The notes under the pieces were generated by a model, which ran no database searches, was not told where the DNA came from, and saw only the letters and a list, made by a program, of their open reading frames with translations. The position numbers were made by a program, and so were the translations under genes. From Yuukianura sp. NJ FZ-2021 (taxonomy: Eukaryota), in the NCBI GenBank assembly GCA_046563655.1, contig CM102284.1, forward strand, positions 1,240,001 to 1,304,000: a stretch of 64,000 nucleotides of DNA. The letters run 5' to 3'. Shown here one piece after another: positions 51,888 to 64,000 of the stretch. Within the stretch, counting starts at the first letter, position 1; each line of letters starts with the position of its first letter.

Positions 51888-52740
51888 TTAGTGATCATGT
51901 ACAAATGCGGAATGTGCTGCAAGGGCTCCAAGGTACGATCCAGTTCCCCCACCAATGGCACCCAAAAACCCACCAGTCAAAATCCCCAGAAGTGGCCGAA
52001 CCAAAATTTGCGAAACTCCTGCTCCAAGACATGCCCCACCAACCAGCCCCACCGCTCCACCAATTGGCCCCGCCAGAGCTAATCCGCCTAGTCCCAAAGA
52101 AATTCCACCCAACCCACCACCGATGACTGGACTCACGTCTTCTGCTAATGACCCACCAACAAGTCCACCAATCCCTGCTCCCAAATTCCCACCAACGGCC
52201 CCACCCATGGCTTCAATCCCACCACCACTTTGAAACCCACCAATGGCCCCACCTAAAAATGGAATTCAGTCACTATACTTAATTGATCATTGGACTAAGG
52301 TTTCTAAGATGTGTTCTTACCAATTGTGCCACCAAATGCTCCAAGCACTTTCCCACTATTCATTCCTAAGGCGCTCCCAACTGCCCCACCAATTCCACCT
52401 TTTAAAAAAGTCGCAAGATTTTTTCTTCAAAATTTCAGAAATTCAAAATTTTGATTGATTTCTATTCGATTCAGTTTAATGAAAAATTTCAAAACCTCCA
52501 ATAACTCCTGCAAACAATGCATCGCTCCCATCAAATTCCGACTGTTTTAGGTTTTCACGGAATAGAATACTTGACGAACTTGTTGGAATGTTCAAAATGC
52601 ACAGCAAAATCACCTGTTTGCCAATAAACTATTAAAAATAATAAATTCATATATAAAAACGTTTCCTTCTGAAAATTTTCCCTGAAAATTTAATAGGGAT
52701 TGTTTAGACTTACAAAAGAAACAGACGTTGTTTGTGTCAT
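51888..52740 (-). CDS. Secreted or membrane glycine-zipper (GxxxG repeat) protein; exons 52740-52714, 52613-52496, 52398-52321, 52252-51888; 195 aa
   Basis: Four exons join in frame, giving the signal-like MTQTTSVSFVILLCILNIPTSSS followed by hydrophobic GG-A/V/I/L-GG repeats. Confidence 0.78.
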
Positions 52741-53406
52741 TTTTATAGTTAACCCTTTTTGGTTCACTTTTTCGCTGTCACCGGTTACACTGCTGAAACT
52801 TTAGTAATTTTTTGAGAAATTGAAATGAAAGGTGAAATGAGCCCTTAAAGGCCCTTAAAAGAGAGAGGGATTTCCACCTTTGAAGGGCACAGTACCCTTC
52901 CATTTCTATGAATATCAAAGTTCAATGTCAAGGTATATTTCAACCTAATAGTGGCGACGGTTGGTGTTTGTGGGCTTCAACTTATTTTGAGATGTTTCAT
53001 TTGGTTCACTACCTAAAATTTGGTTCAATTTTTTGAAATTTTTAGTACCCTTCGCTAACCACGCACGCAAAGGTAAAAAAAAAACGATAACTCCAACACT
53101 ATCTAAAATTGAATTCAAGTTAGTAATTTATTTTTGCTACGAAATATAAAAACATGCAAGAATTGGCTTTGGCATTTGTGTGTTATTTATCAGACTCGAA
53201 CAGGAATACAGAAATGTAATTTTTTCAGCTATAGATGTATAATTAATATTTCTTTCAAGTCCGATAGTCACGATAACCATGGGCAACCATTAACATGATT
53301 ACAAAAAAATTAAAACTTACGATGTATTCTTACTCTCATTTGCTTTTGCCTGTGCACAGGATTCAATAAAAGTTGGTCAAAAAAATTTTTTGTCCAAAAG
53401 TAAAGA

Positions 53407-55770
53407 ATGAAGGCGGTAACTGCGTTGTGGGTTATATTGATCCAAAATTTCACTTTAAATTTTCAAAATGTTCAAAATGGTGCAAATGCTGAACTTGTTG
53501 GATCAGTTGGAACAAAAGTTAATAGAAATTGGTACTTGGACTTGAATCCACTTCTGCAGCCTTTGCAGTCATGTGACATTCAATTGTACTTTGACTCTTT
53601 CCGCCTAGCTGATGCCCAATTGCACAAAATCAAATTTCCACTTTCAGTATTTTTTCATCAAAACTTGAAACCTCGTTTGCGACACCCACCAGCAAAATCA
53701 ATTGTTCGGCGTCGCAGAGCTTTATTTTGTCAAGTATTTTTACTAATTCCAGCCATATTAGAGGCAGTCAAAGAATTTGAAGGAATTGTACATTCCAGAG
53801 TTGGATACATTGACCCACTTGACAAACTCACTGAATTCCCTTCGTATATTTTCCTGTTTTCATTTCACAACGAAAAATTCCCACTTCAAAACTACTTTCA
53901 CCGTGGAGCCGGTGCCCACAACCTTCAAATCGAAAGAAAATTTATCATTTTGTACATTTACGAAGTCGCGACTGGGCGAAAAGGAGTTTTTGAATTACAA
54001 ATTTTCTGGTCCCAAGTTTGCTGGAATTCTTTTCTTGCGCATGTGGAAAATTCAAGCAAATCCAAAAAGGGGCGGTACTTCTACTCATTTACCGCTGCGC
54101 AGCAAAGTTTTGCAAACCTTGAGCGCAACGTTGGAAAAGTTTTTAAGCCGAGAAAAACCAAGCAGGAACAAAATATCAACAGCATCCGAGAATTTGTAAA
54201 AACGCCTTTTGAAAAACCAAAAAAATTTGAAAAGTATTACACAATTGAACTCATTGTTTTCAAAATTTTGTTTGAAGACATAGTCTTTTTTCATCCAGTT
54301 TACAACAAAAAACTACCCGACCCTGTCGTAGCTTTTAATATCATTGCTCAATATGTTATTAACGGTACAGGAGTTTTCATATCCAAAGAAATATCACATT
54401 GGACAGGACACAATGAGAAGCAGCCCAGACCAAGGCGTCTCGTCGTATACAAATTTTCAAGTTACAATTTTGCCGTCTGTTCAAAAACTGAACAAATTTT
54501 GTCCTTTGACCTCTACCACTCTCCGTTCAAACACAAATTTTGGACTGCCTACCTCATACTACTATGTATTATGCCAAATTTACTAATTTTCGTATATCTT
54601 GCCAAAATTTCAAAACCGCGCCGTCACCCATGGAACTTTGTTTACAACGTCTGGGCTATTATAGTTGGAACAATACTTGAAACCGCTCCAGATCCGAACC
54701 GGGATATCGGTTCAAGCGAAACGTTGCACCGAATTTACCGGATTCTGATCTGTATGTGGGGAATTCAAGCTTTCTTTGTTGCAAACTCGTACCGGAACTG
54801 GTGGGCTGTTGATCAAATTGTCCGAATTCCAGCCGTTCACCACTTCACACGTTTTAACGATACTGAGTATTTTAAGTTTTACGGTTCCGAAGAATTCGAG
54901 AAAGCCATTTTCGCCTACGGAATAATAAATTATGGAGTCACGGATTACAGTATTGACTTTAAGCGGAATAGCTACTTATATGTTTGTCTAACGAATGGAT
55001 CCGCCGATGTTGTTAACCATTTTGGTTTTGAAGATGTTTTTACAAATTGTGCTCAGGTCAAACAGTTGGCGTCGGCATACAGTATGTCAAATATGACCGA
55101 CCTTCAAAATTGGCATCTACTCGTCAGCTACAATCCTTATAAAAAGAAAAGAGTCATTGGCAAAAATCCATTTCCGACACCGTTCTTGTTCACACAGGAA
55201 TACCAAACTGTAGAATCCATGTATGAAAAAGTATCAAAGTGTGATCATGTCGCACTTTTAGAAAATAATGAAGCTATAGACTTATTTTTAGAATACAGTA
55301 AGCACAAATCCAGTGATGTTGAATTTGCAAAAGGAAAAGAAGAAGCATTTAGTCAAGCAGTTGCTTTTTGGTTCAGAGGTTGGAATTCAGAGTATTTTTA
55401 CAACAGAATGCAAAGGATAATGGAATCTGGAATTTACTTTATTTGCTACAAGTATTGGCACAAACACTATCCACAAAAGTGGGTCAAGGAGTTACAGCCC
55501 ATGCGCAGAAATGCAACGGCCAAGTATCAAGTTGCTCCACTTGCAATCAAAATGGAAGTTGTTTACTTGTATACAGCAACGGTGATTTTGGTACTTGTAG
55601 TCAGTTTTGGAGAAATCTTGTTTTCGTGGAATCCAAAAACGATTTTGAAGAAGCAACGTCGAAAAGTCAAATTTTGTGCTAAATTCAAATTTGTCAAGTT
55701 TTTCAATTATATACCCGTAGAAAACAGTCATATTTTCAAAATCCGATATCGTCGTACCATCCAGAAATAA
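53407..55770 (+). CDS. Single-exon highly divergent ionotropic-receptor-like membrane protein, 787 aa
   Basis: Long uninterrupted ORF with a hydrophobic N-terminus, SFDLYHSPFKHKFW before TM1, a WG...VANSYR M3-like helix, RIMESGIY and a final TM, i.e. IR topology. Confidence 0.7.
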   Translation: MKAVTALWVILIQNFTLNFQNVQNGANAELVGSVGTKVNRNWYLDLNPLLQPLQSCDIQLYFDSFRLADAQLHKIKFPLSVFFHQNLKPRLRHPPAKSIVRRRRALFCQVFLLIPAILEAVKEFEGIVHSRVGYIDPLDKLTEFPSYIFLFSFHNEKFPLQNYFHRGAGAHNLQIERKFIILYIYEVATGRKGVFELQIFWSQVCWNSFLAHVENSSKSKKGRYFYSFTAAQQSFANLERNVGKVFKPRKTKQEQNINSIREFVKTPFEKPKKFEKYYTIELIVFKILFEDIVFFHPVYNKKLPDPVVAFNIIAQYVINGTGVFISKEISHWTGHNEKQPRPRRLVVYKFSSYNFAVCSKTEQILSFDLYHSPFKHKFWTAYLILLCIMPNLLIFVYLAKISKPRRHPWNFVYNVWAIIVGTILETAPDPNRDIGSSETLHRIYRILICMWGIQAFFVANSYRNWWAVDQIVRIPAVHHFTRFNDTEYFKFYGSEEFEKAIFAYGIINYGVTDYSIDFKRNSYLYVCLTNGSADVVNHFGFEDVFTNCAQVKQLASAYSMSNMTDLQNWHLLVSYNPYKKKRVIGKNPFPTPFLFTQEYQTVESMYEKVSKCDHVALLENNEAIDLFLEYSKHKSSDVEFAKGKEEAFSQAVAFWFRGWNSEYFYNRMQRIMESGIYFICYKYWHKHYPQKWVKELQPMRRNATAKYQVAPLAIKMEVVYLYTATVILVLVVSFGEILFSWNPKTILKKQRRKVKFCAKFKFVKFFNYIPVENSHIFKIRYRRTIQK

Positions 55771-56015
55771 TATTTATTCATTCTTTTTATAAACTTTGAC
55801 ATTTAATCTGCTTCACAGTTCATTTATATGATCATGATATGAGCAATGTTATCCAACAGTTAATTAAGTTATTCAACTAAAGTACGACCTTCTTACATTG
55901 GTCACTAAACTGAAAGAGCTACTTCATTACATTGACTGTGTCTGTCTGTCTGCTTCGTCGGCTGTGGGATAGTCACTATTTTCTATAACTTTGAGTTGGT
56001 AATCACTAAGAAAAA

Positions 56016-57225
56016 CTAATTAAATGAAACTAGCATAAAAGCAATTCCGCGCGCTAAGTTGTCCAGAAGCGTCAACTTGGCTTGACTCTCCATGTGATAG
56101 AATGCTCCAATTTTGGATTTGATGACCGGAATTGACCTCAGGTCAGCTTCAAGTTCCACGTGACCTCTGCACTTCATATTCTGATGAAACTTTTTCGAAA
56201 TATTGAAAACAAGTGACATGGCCTGCGCTCCAGATACAAAGAGCAGTACAAGGAAAATCAAATAAACAAAAAACAATGAAAAGAGAAATGGATCTAGTCT
56301 GGCCCTCAGGCCAACGACGGCAAATACGACAATATACAAGGTCAACATTGCTGTAAGTTTTATCACTGGCACAAATGTGGCTCCAAATACAGCGTTATGC
56401 ATTTCGTTCAAAATCATCACTTTTCGGTACAACTTGATACGCTCCATCTGCAACTCTGTGTTTTCGACGTTCTCTAGTAGAGGCCGTTCCGCACTGCAAA
56501 ATATAAAATTCTTCTTTAGAAGCTCGGTATCATTTTGATTTATGAAAAAGTTAAATAAAACCTTAAAAAACACCTTCGGTAAGTGAAATTTTTTTTTTTA
56601 CTCACCATGACTTTTTGAGCCAGAACGCAATAGTTGTGATGGAAGGAGTCAACATAACCCAATGAAAATTTAAATCCAATATGAATGATACACAAGTCAC
56701 AACAGTGAAAACCACAAAGAAAAAACTAAGAATAACAGATGCAAATTTTCCGGATTTGAACCAAATCATTTGAATGCCGGCACTGGCAACTGAAGCCGCA
56801 ATAAGAAATAACAGAGTGAAATATATTATTTCATTCCAAAATTTCTTAGGGCCAAATTTTTGTTTGAAAAATTTTTCTCCCAGAACTTTGTTAAAGAGAA
56901 TCAAGGTGTTTCCAAATTGAAGCAATTGATCCAATTCGTATTGAATATTGAGCTTAAACAGCATTGCACAAAAGTAAATTAAACTAAACAAGGAATCCAA
57001 AACTCCAAGCGCTGCATTTCTGTTTTCAAAGTTATTTTTAGCTTCAATGAAGTAGAAAATGCTAAAGAAAATGTTCATAAGTTGCAAAATTGTTGAAAAA
57101 ATGTTGTTCCAAACAGATTTCTGTGGTAGCAGAATTCCATTTTGAAATTGGAATTGAATAAATTTTGATTTTGATATAATTGCAAGTGCAGTTGAGTAAA
57201 TTTTAAACTCAGCAACTGAAATCAT
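56016..57225 (-). CDS. GR/OR-like chemoreceptor, array copy 2; exons 57225-56606, 56493-56016; 365 aa
   Basis: Paralog of copy 1 with identical exon lengths (620/478). Confidence 0.8.
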
Positions 57226-59397
57226 TGCTCAAGAGTTTTTTCCCTTTAAAATGGGTTTTGGAAAATGAACTGAGCTGTGTACAGGAAACATCAAATTTAT
57301 AAGAAAGCTAAAAAATGAAACCCATTACTATAATTAAACTAAACCGAAAAATGGGTTGTAAACAAACATTAATGTTTATCGAAAAAATTGGAAAAGTAGT
57401 AATTTAATACCTGCATTGAAAAATTTCGTCGAAATAATGTTTAAATCTTTTCGGAAAGGTAAATTTTTTTGGGATTTTTGTTTTAAAGTGAGGCGTAATT
57501 ATATCTTAAAACTTTGAATAAGTATGAGGTTATAACATATGATTTACTTGTACTTATAATATCAATAAATCGAATTCAAAAACGCGTTCTTACATTTTTT
57601 AAGGCTCCATGTTTTATTTTAAGAAAAAAGTTTTGCTTTAATAATTTTTCAAGTAAAATCGTTGTCGTCAATTTTTTTGAAAACCACTTTCTCTTTGAAT
57701 TTTTAAACATTCAGAAATAATTGGTTGCTTCTTTAAAGAAAACTATTGTCAAATTTTGCTTGTCAACTGCTGCATTGCATTGGATTTCGTAGTCGCCAAA
57801 GCACAACTTTCCTTTCTACTTTTCTACTTCAAAATACCTAAAGTACCTTTTTGGATATTACATTTGAAAGAAAAAATGAAAAAAAAATTAAGACTATTTT
57901 GTACTGGGGTTAAAAAAATAGGAAAGCTATGTTAAAAAAGGCTTGCTAAATGCAATGAACTTTGAAGTATTATTTGGAAAAATTAACAGAGTAGAGAAGT
58001 GACTACTTCAACATGTGCTCGAAATGATGCTATATAATTTGCAGAAAAGTAAATTTTTAAAAAGGATTTCTGTTTTTAAGTGAGACGTAATTCTAGCTTA
58101 CTACTTTGAATAAAAATTATTGATTTGTACTTCTGATGTCAACTGAGTTGAAATAACAGTCGTCATTTCAGGCCCTAAAAACTCATTAAGAAAAGATCGG
58201 CAATGGATGAATCAAGAAATCAAAACACATTTGAGGAATATATTTTCAAAGCCATACCGCATTTTTTAAAATCGAGTTCATCGGACTATGCAGGAGTAAA
58301 ATTATTTAATGTAACCACGACTTATTAGGTAAATTTCATCCTAGGACACCCTCTTATTTTTTGTTTCATTGGAAATTTTATATCAATTTAGAATTTTTAA
58401 TTAACTTATTTGAGTGTTGTAAGGAGTCCGCTACTTACAAAATAGGTTTAATAAGCTATTAAATTTACTAACAACTACAAGAATAGCATAGATTATTTCC
58501 TCAAGATTGCGACTAAATCACACGTTTGACACTTAAGTTACATCGCAGTTACTTAAATTTAACTAATATAAATGGCAATTGCAATTAAGTAAATTATTCA
58601 ACCAAATTCTGACCACATTGTTTTATATTAGTAAATATCTACTATTATTAGTAAATAAATATTAGTAAATTAGTAATTAGTTTAAATTAGTAAAGTAAGT
58701 AGAAGTGACTTTCTACATTGATCATGTCAGTCCTAGTCGGCCGTTGGTGAGTGAGAGGCAATCCGCTTGGGAATTAGCAATAAATTATTATCAAGAAAAT
58801 CTAGTTGAACGTAACTAGCATAAATACTATTCCATGCGCTATGTTGTCCAGAAGCGTCAATTTGGCTTCACCCTCCATATGGTAGAATCCTCCAATTTTG
58901 GATTTGATTGCAGGAATTGACCTCAGTTCTATTTCTAATTGTTTCGTCCAAGTTCTTCGTTTCATATTCTGGTGAAACTGTTGTGAAATGTTGAAAACAA
59001 GTGACATGGCTAATGCTCCAAAGGCGAAAAACAGAGCCAAGACAATCAAGTAAACGAAAAACAATGAAAATAGAAATGGATCAAGCATGGCCCTGAGGCG
59101 AGCCACGGCAAATGCGACAATGTACAAAGCCAGAATTGCAGCAAGTTTAGTCACGGGAACAAAAACGGGTCCAAATACGGAGTTATGCATTTCATTTAAA
59201 ATTGCCACTTTTCGGTACAACTTGATATTGGTTTCGCCGCTACTCTGTATACGCCACTCCCCACTGTATAAGAAAATTCAAAAAAAAAATTCTCAGAAAT
59301 CCGGAATTTTGTTTCACTGAAAAGCTGAGCACCTACTTTTTAGCACACAGTGAATGAAATTTTTACTTACCACGATTTTTTAAGCCAAAAGACAATT

Positions 59398-61273
59398 GTA
59401 GCGTCCCAACGAAGAAGGGCGTACCTCGGATTTTGAAATTTTTTTTCCCTTGGAGACGAGAAAAGTAAATAAATTTCGTCAAAACTCGGAATCAAAAATG
59501 TCTGCAGATTTCGATTTCAAAAATGTAATTACAAATCGCCTTAACAAAGTATCGATGGCGCAAGTACCTAACTTTTTTTCCCTTAAAGGCTTCGTATTTA
59601 GCAAAGTAGCGAAAGTCGAAAGTGCAGAGTATTTTTTCATTGTATTCACAAAAACTTTGGAAATTACTGAAATAGTTTGCGCACCCTCATTAAACTGTTG
59701 CAACTGCTTTGAAAATTTTCAGTTGACATTGACGAAAAGAACTGAAAATTATTTAATGGAAGCCAATTAGTCAAAGTACACATCCAGCCTCACTAAACCT
59801 AGAGAAGGGCCAAAGTGAGGAAGGGGGCCCTTTCAGAAGTCAATGTCAACTTGATTCAGAGAACTCAAGTGTTTTCTGGGAGGTCAAAGTTTCGCACATC
59901 ACTTTTCACAGGCGCCGAACTCATATAACTTCAAATTTTCTCAAAATTTTTGAATGTCTTAAATTATATTAAAAGATCAGCGAGACGTGACGTAGACCGA
60001 CCGGAATTTAACCGTACAATATAATAATAGCTCAGCAATAAGGCGGTTTTCTAAAACAAACTCAACGTAACCTAGTAATCCCCGTTTTACGCGTTAATAG
60101 TGATCAAATCCTGGTCATGATATGTTCATTGATGAAAACCAACGAAATCATCCAGTAGTTTCTGAGTAGTGTGGCTGGTTTTTTCCAGCCTTGCTGTAAG
60201 CTTAAACGTCTAGTGGCTTAGTTGCCAATCCCACTGGATATCCACTGGAAGAAATACACCAAAAATGTAAACTTTTAGTGGAGGTAACAAATTAAAAATC
60301 TAGCGCGAAATTCAAAAAAAAAAATAAAATTTAAAGTGACAAAATAATATCAAAAAAAGTTTCTTTCATCGTTAAATTTAATAATTTATTTAAAAATCGG
60401 ATAAAAACGTTATTTCCTTCGTCTCGTACGGTAATTTGAATTGTTTAGGCTTTTTGTATCTAATTCATGTAAACCCTGAGGGCAACGCTACGCCGCTTTC
60501 GGTTCATCTATTTTGTGCACTTCTTCCACTGGATACACAGCCGTGTACGAAATCTCGAAAAAGTGGATTTTTAACAACACCGGTTTTTTAAAAATAAAAC
60601 CAAAAATATGTGGTTTTTGGTTAAAGCCCTGATTTATTTGGCTTTTCTTGGTTTAAACCAACATGTCCACAAAAACTCGATATTTCTCAGAAAATGAATT
60701 TATACTTTAGAACTATTTAATCCGTTGAAATTCCATCCACTGATTCCAGTTCCAGCAGTACCATAACAATGTGAAAAACGCGTTAGGACAGTAATTTGGG
60801 AAAACATAAACCAGTTAGCGAATGAATTTCGTTCAAAAACAAGACTTTTCTGTTAATTCAGTATCCCCTTTTCCCCATTTACTCATGTTGGTTTAAACCT
60901 AATAAATTTGAATAAAAACCGCACGGTTTAAATCGTGGTTTAAACCATGGTTTAGATCATTTCTCCTAAACCAAAGCTACCCTGTTTCTAATAATTAATC
61001 CGGACAGACAGACAGACACGAATAATATTATAATAATAGCGCCGCAATTACAATAATCTTAACAGCCCCACGAACATTACAACACAGCTCGCCCAAACAG
61101 AATGACACACAGACAGACACCCCAATATCATAACATGAATCTTTTGAGAAAATTTTTGGAGTTGAATTCGGTAATTTTGTTGCCGACTCTTGTTAAATTT
61201 TGTTTACGTTTTTTCTTGGCAACGCAAGTCGTCATCGCGTTTTGAGGTACGCCATTCTTCGTCGGAGCTATAG
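59398..61273. mobile_element. Non-autonomous DNA transposon (about 1876 bp) with about 30-bp imperfect TIRs and an AATT duplication
   Basis: Ends share the core ACGAAGAA(G/T)GGCGTACCTC in inverted orientation. AATT(GT) is duplicated at 59394 and 61274. No transposase ORF. Confidence 0.8.
60165..60582. mobile_element. Dispersed repeat (copy B) nested in the 59398-61273 element
   Basis: Collinear similarity with 12436-12820 (AGTGGCTTA.TTGCCA..CCACTGGATATCCAC ... TTCTTCCACTGGATA.CAGCCGTG). Confidence 0.65.
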
Positions 61274-62987
61274 AATTGTTGTAATCGAAGGAGTAAAAAT
61301 AGCCAAATAAAAATGAACATCCAGTATTGTCGAAACACAAGTAAAAATTGTGTAAATAAAAAAACAAAAATCGTAACTAACAGACCCAAATCCTCCACAT
61401 TTAAACCAAATCATTTGAAAAGCGGCACTGCTAATTCCCACGGCAATAAAAAATAAAAGTGAAAAATATATTACTTCAGTCCAAAATTTTCTCGGGCCGA
61501 TTTCTTGTTTGAACAATTTTTTTCCAAGGACTTTGTTAAAAAGGATTAAACTGTTTCCATATTGAAGCAATTCATCCAATCCGTGTAGAACATTAAACTT
61601 TAACACGGTTGCATAAAAGTAAGTTAGACAATAAAAACAATCTAGAAGTCCGAGCGCCGCATTTCTGTTTTCGAAATTATTTTTAGCTTCAACCAAATAG
61701 AAAGTGCAAAACAAAATGTTTATAACTTGCAACTTTGCAGAAAAAATTTTGTTCCAAAGAGATTTGCGTTGTAGTAGAATTCCATTTTTAAAACCAAATT
61801 CAACAAATTTTGGTTTTGAAATAATTGCAAGCGTGGTAGAGTAAATTTTGAATTCTGTCAACGAAATCATTGCTCACATTCTTTTTCGGAAATAATTTGG
61901 GAGAATAAATTTTAAAAAATGAACACTGCTGAGCACTGGCGACAAAAAATTTATAGGAAAGCGTGAACACAGTAGCCAAACCTTGAAACGACAAAACATT
62001 ATTTCAAAACATTTTACCGTCAAAGCTAATTGTATGGTTTGTATTTAACATGAAACTCATCACCAGAATATAAACCGAAAAAAGGCGTGCCAAAAGCAAT
62101 GAACTTTGAAGTTTGTTTGGAAAAATTAACATAGCAGAGAAGCGAAGTCTTCAAAATGTGATCGAAATGATGCTATATAATTTGTTGAAAAGTTAATTTT
62201 TAAAGGTGTTTTCTGTTTCTAAGTGAGACGTAATTCTAGTGTACTACTTTGAACAAAAATAATTATTGATTTGTACTTATTTATGTCAACTTAGCTGAAA
62301 TAACAGTCGTCATCTCAAGTCATTATAAACTCATTAAGAAAAGATATGCAATGGCCAATCACGAAACCCCAAAAGAAAACATTTGAGGAATACATTTTCA
62401 AAACCATGCTACATTTTTTAAAAATCCATTTAATAATACTATGCATATGCATAGAACTATTCAATGTACCACGACTTATTAGGAAAATTGGAAAATTTCA
62501 TCCTAGGCCAATCTTTTTTTTTTTTTTTTTTGCTTCATTGAAAATTTTATGTGGCAGAATTTTTATTAGAATTTTGTGTGGCAAACTTTTGTTATGTGAG
62601 TCTTGTTGTAGCGAGACCGTTGTTTGCAAAATACGTTTAATTAAAACTATTACAATTTACTAACGAATTTTTCAACAAAAATAGCGTGCTGAAAATGAAG
62701 CCAGGTTATTTCTACAAAAGTGCGACTAGATCACACCAGTTTGGTACTTCATTTACTACGGAGTTACTTAATATTTAAATAATGTAAATAAAATGCTAAG
62801 TTTTCAGTGTCATCTATCAGCTAACTAAATTATTCAACAAAGTTCTGACCACCTTGTTTTTTATGAGTAAATATGTTACAAAAGCTACTTTTTACATTGA
62901 CCTTGTTTGTCCGTCGGCAGTCGGCGACTCAGCAGCAATCATCTTGGAAATAAGCTCAACATAGCAATTAATTATTGTCAATAAAAT

Positions 62988-64000
62988 CTAATTAAATGTA
63001 ACTAGCATAAATGCGACTCCATGCGTGATGTTGTCCAGAAGCGTCAACTTGGCTTCACTCTCCATGTAGTAGAATCCTCCAATTTTGGATTTGATAATTG
63101 GAATTGACCTCAGGTCAACTTCAAGTCTTTTCGACAAGTTTCTGCGTCTCATATTTTGATGAAATTGTTTTGAAATGTTGAAAACAAGTGACATGGCCAG
63201 TGCTCCAGGAACACAGAAAAGTACAAGGATAATCAAATAAACAAAAAACATTGAAAATACAAGTGGATCTAATTTTTCCCTGAGACAAACCAGGGCAAAT
63301 ATAACAATGTTCAAGCCAAAAATTGCAGCAAATTTTGTTAATGGAACAAAAACGGGCCCAAATACAGCGTTATGCATTTCATTCAAAATGGTCACTTTTC
63401 GGTACAACTTGATACGCTCGTTTTGCAATTCCTTGGTTTCGTCGTTATCCAGTAAAGGCCACTCCATACTACAAAAAAATATAATATTTTGCATGAAAAG
63501 GTCGGAATTTTGATGTAATAAAAGCTGAGTACGTACTTTTGAAAAAAAAAAAAAATTTTGAATGGAATTTTTTTTTACTCACCTCGATTTTTTGAGCCAA
63601 AATACAATAGTTGTAATTGACGGAGTAAAAATGACCAAATGCAAATTTAAATCCACTATCAATGATACACAAGCCAAAACTGTGCAAATAAAAAACCCAA
63701 AACCAATAATAACAGATCCAAATTTTCCACATTTAAACAAAACCATTTGAAAACCGGCACTGACAACTGCAGCGGCAGAAAAAAATAGTAATGCAAAATA
63801 TATTATTTCAGTCCAAAATTTTCTGGGACCAAATTCTTGTTTGAAAAATTTGTGTCCAAGAACTTTATTGAACAGGACCAAACTGTTTCCAATCTGAAGC
63901 AATTGATCCAATTTGGTTTGAATATTAAACTTTAACACTATTGCACAAAAGTAAATCAGACTGTACATACAATCCAAAATTCCGAGTGCTGCGTTTTCGT
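62988..64000 (-). CDS. GR/OR-like chemoreceptor, array copy 4 (5' end beyond the window); exons >64000-63583, 63468-62988
   Basis: Paralog of copies 1-3 with the same intron position and an intact frame in the visible part. Confidence 0.8.

Larger units (their letters stand above)
58801..61870 (-). pseudogene. GR/OR-like chemoreceptor, array copy 3, with exon 1 split by a 1.9-kb insertion (61870-61274, 59393-59371, exon 2 59263-58801)
   Basis: PSITTI is followed at once by an insert-derived L-stop. The remainder, VFWLKKSW|GTAAGT, resumes 1.9 kb away. Removing the insert restores the frame. Confidence 0.85.

Noticed and set aside
51955..52233. Pro-rich plus-strand ORF
   Set aside because: It is the antisense shadow of the Gly-rich exon.
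51888..52740. Springtail-type glycine-rich antifreeze protein
   Set aside because: The periodicity is GxxxG with bulky hydrophobic residues, not the continuous Gly-X-X tripeptide repeat of polyproline-II antifreeze proteins.
59450..59770. 106-aa ORF inside the 1.9-kb insertion as a possible transposase
   Set aside because: No DDE/DDD or DNA-binding motifs recognised; the composition looks non-coding.

Overview
AT-rich eukaryotic genomic DNA with many short GT-AG introns. The gene content (Hsp21.4-type small HSPs, ZAD-like zinc finger, divergent IRs, GR/OR-like 7TM array, MAO-A/B-like oxidase) points to an arthropod, most likely a non-insect hexapod such as a springtail; this is inference only. 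Gene models were spliced by hand. They comprise two paralogous sHSP genes, several orphan secreted proteins (one is a furin-site-punctuated beta-hairpin polyprotein, one a glycine-zipper protein), DHCR24, a ZAD/AT-hook/C2H2 factor, a tandem-domain EF-hand protein, a mucin-like protein, a secreted dienelactone-hydrolase-family enzyme, a monoamine oxidase with a same-strand ionotropic receptor nested in intron 1, a second IR-like gene, and five GR/OR-like receptor genes (one broken by a transposon, one cut by the window edge). Mobile DNA includes a full-length intron-containing DD41D Tc1/mariner element, a Spy-like no-TSD MITE nested in a PIF/Harbinger-like MITE inside an sHSP intron, several other MITEs and three tRNA-derived SINE heads. 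No prokaryotic features or CRISPR arrays were seen.
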